From contig NC_058368.1 of the NCBI RefSeq assembly GCF_018350175.1, positions 140,742,001 to 140,806,000 on the forward strand: DNA of 64,000 nt, read 5' to 3'. How positions within the stretch are numbered: position 1 is the stretch's first letter; every line of letters begins with the position of its first letter. The stretch is from Felis catus. Its lineage: Eukaryota. This document shows positions 61,305-64,000 of this stretch, one piece after another. Below the pieces are notes generated by a model. The model was not told where the DNA came from, made no database searches, and worked only from the letters and a program-made list of their open reading frames with translations. Both the position numbers and the translations under genes were made by a program.

Positions 61305-61798
61305 AACAGTATGATACATTTAAGATCAGCTGTAATATGATCATTCACTGTGGTCAGTCACAGCAGTAAGAATCCCCTGTATATATATAGAGCGCTTTCA
61401 TGGTCTCCAAAGGACTTCTGGGCACATTTTATTATTTCGTTGTCACAACCAACCTATGGTTTGCACAGCTTGAGGGTTCCTATCACCATTTCACGTAAAC
61501 TGGAGATTGAGAGGTCTCACTGTTGGCTAACTGTCCTATAACTGGTAAGTACAATGGACTCTGAAGCAGGTACCCTACTCCAGCAATATATCCACCAACC
61601 TAAAGCAACTCTGCTAAGAAAAGATCTGCATAATACTTATGCAGATATATACTGATTTTATGCTTAGATTATGCTTTAGAATTCACAGCTCCCCACCTCT
61701 TAGGTTCTTCTCACCACCATGAAAAAACCTTTTTTCCTACTCTGTAGCCCGAGTAAGTAAATATTAATAGTAAGGCAGAATTACCAAATCAGTAAAGA

Positions 61799-62145
61799 TT
61801 TTTTAATTTTTAATTTTATTTTTAAATGTTTATTTTTGAGAGAGAGTGTGAGTGGGGGAGAGGCAGAGAAAGAGGGGGACAGAGTATCCGAAGCAGGCTC
61901 TGTGCTGACAGCGGTGAGCTCAATGTGGGGCTCGAACTCACAAACTGGAGATCATGACCTGAGCAGAAGTCATACACTCAACCAACTGAGCCACCCAGGT
62001 GTCCCAGTAAAGATTTTTTTAAATGGTAACACCCAGAGCACGTGGATGGCTCAGTGGGTAGAGCAGGTGACTCTTGATCTCAGGGTCATGAGTTTAAGCC
62101 CCATGTTGGGCAGAGAGCTTACTTTAAAAAACAAAACAAAACAGT
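61799..62145. mobile_element. CAN-SINE (-, 61799-62005) and short SINE (+, 62035-62145)
   Basis: TSD CAGTAAAGATTTTTT; GTAACACCCA flank repeated. Confidence 0.92.
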
Positions 62146-62269
62146 AACACCCATGCTGGTAAAGATGTGAGGAGATAGACACACTCAGACACTGCTGATG
62201 GGACTATAAATTAGTGCTTTGTTTCTGATGGGCACTTTGATAGTAATCATTGAAAGCTTTTCATTCCTT

Positions 62270-62478
62270 TTGATGTTTATTTTTGAGAGAGAGAGAGAAA
62301 CAGAGCTAGAGCATGAGCAGTGGAGGGGCAGAGAGAGAGGGAGACACAGAATCTGAGGCAGGATCCAGGCTCTGAGCTGTCAGCACAGAGCCTGACATAG
62401 GGCTCGAATTCATGAACTTGGAGATCATGACTTGAGCCGAAGTCGGACACTTAACCTATTGAGCCACCCAGGAACCCC
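62270..62478 (-). mobile_element. CAN-SINE inside an old L1ME fragment (~62150-63090)
   Basis: AAAGCTTTT flank repeated; upstream TGCTGGTAAAGATGTGAGG...ACTGCTGATGGGACTATAAATTAG L1 motif. Confidence 0.9.
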
Positions 62479-62700
62479 TAAAAGCTTTTAAAATAAGCAA
62501 TTTTTGATGTGTCAAACACACTCCTCTTTAAAAATATTTTTTTCCTAAAAAAAAACCAGTCGGAGACTACAGAAAGAGGTGTATTTATTAAGGTATGTTT
62601 ATCTCTATGTTACCTAAAACACAGTAAAAACCTGAAATAATCTGGCTATTCAGCAGGTCAAATAAAGATCTACAAGAAGATGAAATATCCTGTAGTAATT

Positions 62701-62922
62701 AAAAAAAAATTTTTTAATATTTATTTATTTTTGAGAGAGAGAGAAACAGACAGAGCATGAGCAGGGGAGGGGCAGAGAGAGAGGGAGGCACAGAATTCAA
62801 AGCAGGCTCCAGGCTCCGAGCTGTCAGCACAGAACCTGACGCGGGGCTCGAACTCACAAACCGTGAGATCATGACCTGAGCTGAAGTCGGATGCTTAACT
62901 GACTGAGCCCCCCAGGGGCCCC
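62701..62922 (-). mobile_element. CAN-SINE
   Basis: TSD CTG(T/C)AGTAATT. Confidence 0.94.
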
Positions 62923-63099
62923 TCTGCAGTAATTTTATATGACACTATGGAAGAATATTTAACCAGCTGGGGAAATGTTCACTGTTCTCCAGTGAGGAAA
63001 ACTAAGTAATAAAACAGTTAAGCAATATAATCTCAATCTGATTTTTAAAAAGATAGCTTGAAATAGAAAGCTATCAAACTGTTAAGAGTAGTTTTCTCT

Positions 63100-63320
63100 G
63101 GGAGCATCTAGGTGGCTCAGTTCGTTGAGTATCCAACTTCGGCTCAGGTCATGATCTCACGGTCCGTGAGTTCGAGCCCCGCATCGGGCTCTGTGCTGAC
63201 AGCTCAGAGCCTGGAGCCTGCTTCAGATTCTGTGTCTCCCTCTCTCTCTGACCCTCCACTGCTCATGCTCTCTGTCTCAAAAATAAATAAACATTAAAAA
63301 AAAATTTGTTTTAAATAAAA
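63100..63320 (+). mobile_element. CAN-SINE
   Basis: TSD AAGAGTAGTTTTCTCTG. Confidence 0.96.
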
Positions 63321-64000
63321 AAGAGTAGTTTTCTCTGAATCCTTCCTTCCTCTCTCCCTTCCCTTCTGTTTTCTATTTCCTAGTCTTTTTTATAATAACT
63401 TAATAAGCATGTGTTCCATTTGGAATCACAAAAGAGAAACCTTTCTTTTTTAGATGAGACTCTAAGAATGAACTGCCCAGGAACCATGGCAAGTGGTGGG
63501 TAGGGCTTGTGGTCAAGAAAATAAACAGAGAAGGGGGAACAACTAGTCTATGAGTAACTAAATTGGAAAATGTATTCTGGGATTGAAATGTCTTTTTTTT
63601 TTTTTTTTTGCTACTCATCTAAAGAGGATGTTGTGACTGATTTTACAAGAAAAGTCAGCAAATTGCCTTCTTTGAAATGGGACTGGTGGTTTTCACTTCT
63701 GGTGGTTAAACCAAGTGAGCTCTGCCTCCCTTCCGACACTGGAAGTCTCTGGAGAGGCGCAGGGTGGCAAATTCTGCCTTTGGTACCGCCTGTTGTCCTC
63801 TGGTAAGCCGGGCCACCCCTGCCCCACACTGGGTTTGGGCCCAAAAGGCCTTGCTCTGTATGCTTTCGATTCACGTGAGGTTGTTTACTTCAACTTATAA
63901 ATGAGAGGTGGAGGGGACCTTAGAAGCCCCCTGGTATGAGAGAGAGGAGGCCGCGGGATGCCTCACTCCTCCAGCATAGCTCAGCTTGTCACCAATGGAG

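Noticed and set aside
1211..63297. Many similar short ORFs (AQVMISRSVSSSP..., GAPGWLSRL..., ERERQS...) that look like a paralogous peptide family
   Set aside because: All are translations of CAN-SINE copies in different frames.
1..64000. CRISPR array, prokaryotic operon or defence system
   Set aside because: The sequence is clearly mammalian, with no regularly spaced direct repeats or dense long ORFs.

Overview
This is mammalian genomic DNA, almost certainly from a felid (domestic cat or a close relative), judged from about 80 tRNA-derived carnivore SINEs (CAN-SINE/SINEC) that include a young feline-type subfamily. The window is repeat-dense and appears intergenic. I recognise no protein-coding exon; the supplied ORFs are mostly translations of SINEs, L1 3' ends and microsatellites. 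The first ~2.3 kb looks like the end of a plus-strand 3' UTR with a canonical poly(A) site. The rest is SINEs, truncated L1s, solo LTRs (ERVL/MaLR-like), hAT and Tigger fossils, MIR/L2 and short unique islands. Top observations: (1) two independent ~630-bp L1 3'-end insertions that begin at the same nucleotide, with an A-box-like motif at the same offset as in the SINEs, suggesting a discrete L1-derived non-autonomous retroelement; (2) a 35-nt tailless U2 snRNA retrocopy with a 12-bp target-site duplication (TSD); (3) repeated reuse of single insertion sites; (4) an E-box/MEF2/TEAD motif cluster and a small CpG-rich promoter-like island. Repeat family names come from recall of consensus sequences, not from a database search, and ends of old repeats are approximate.
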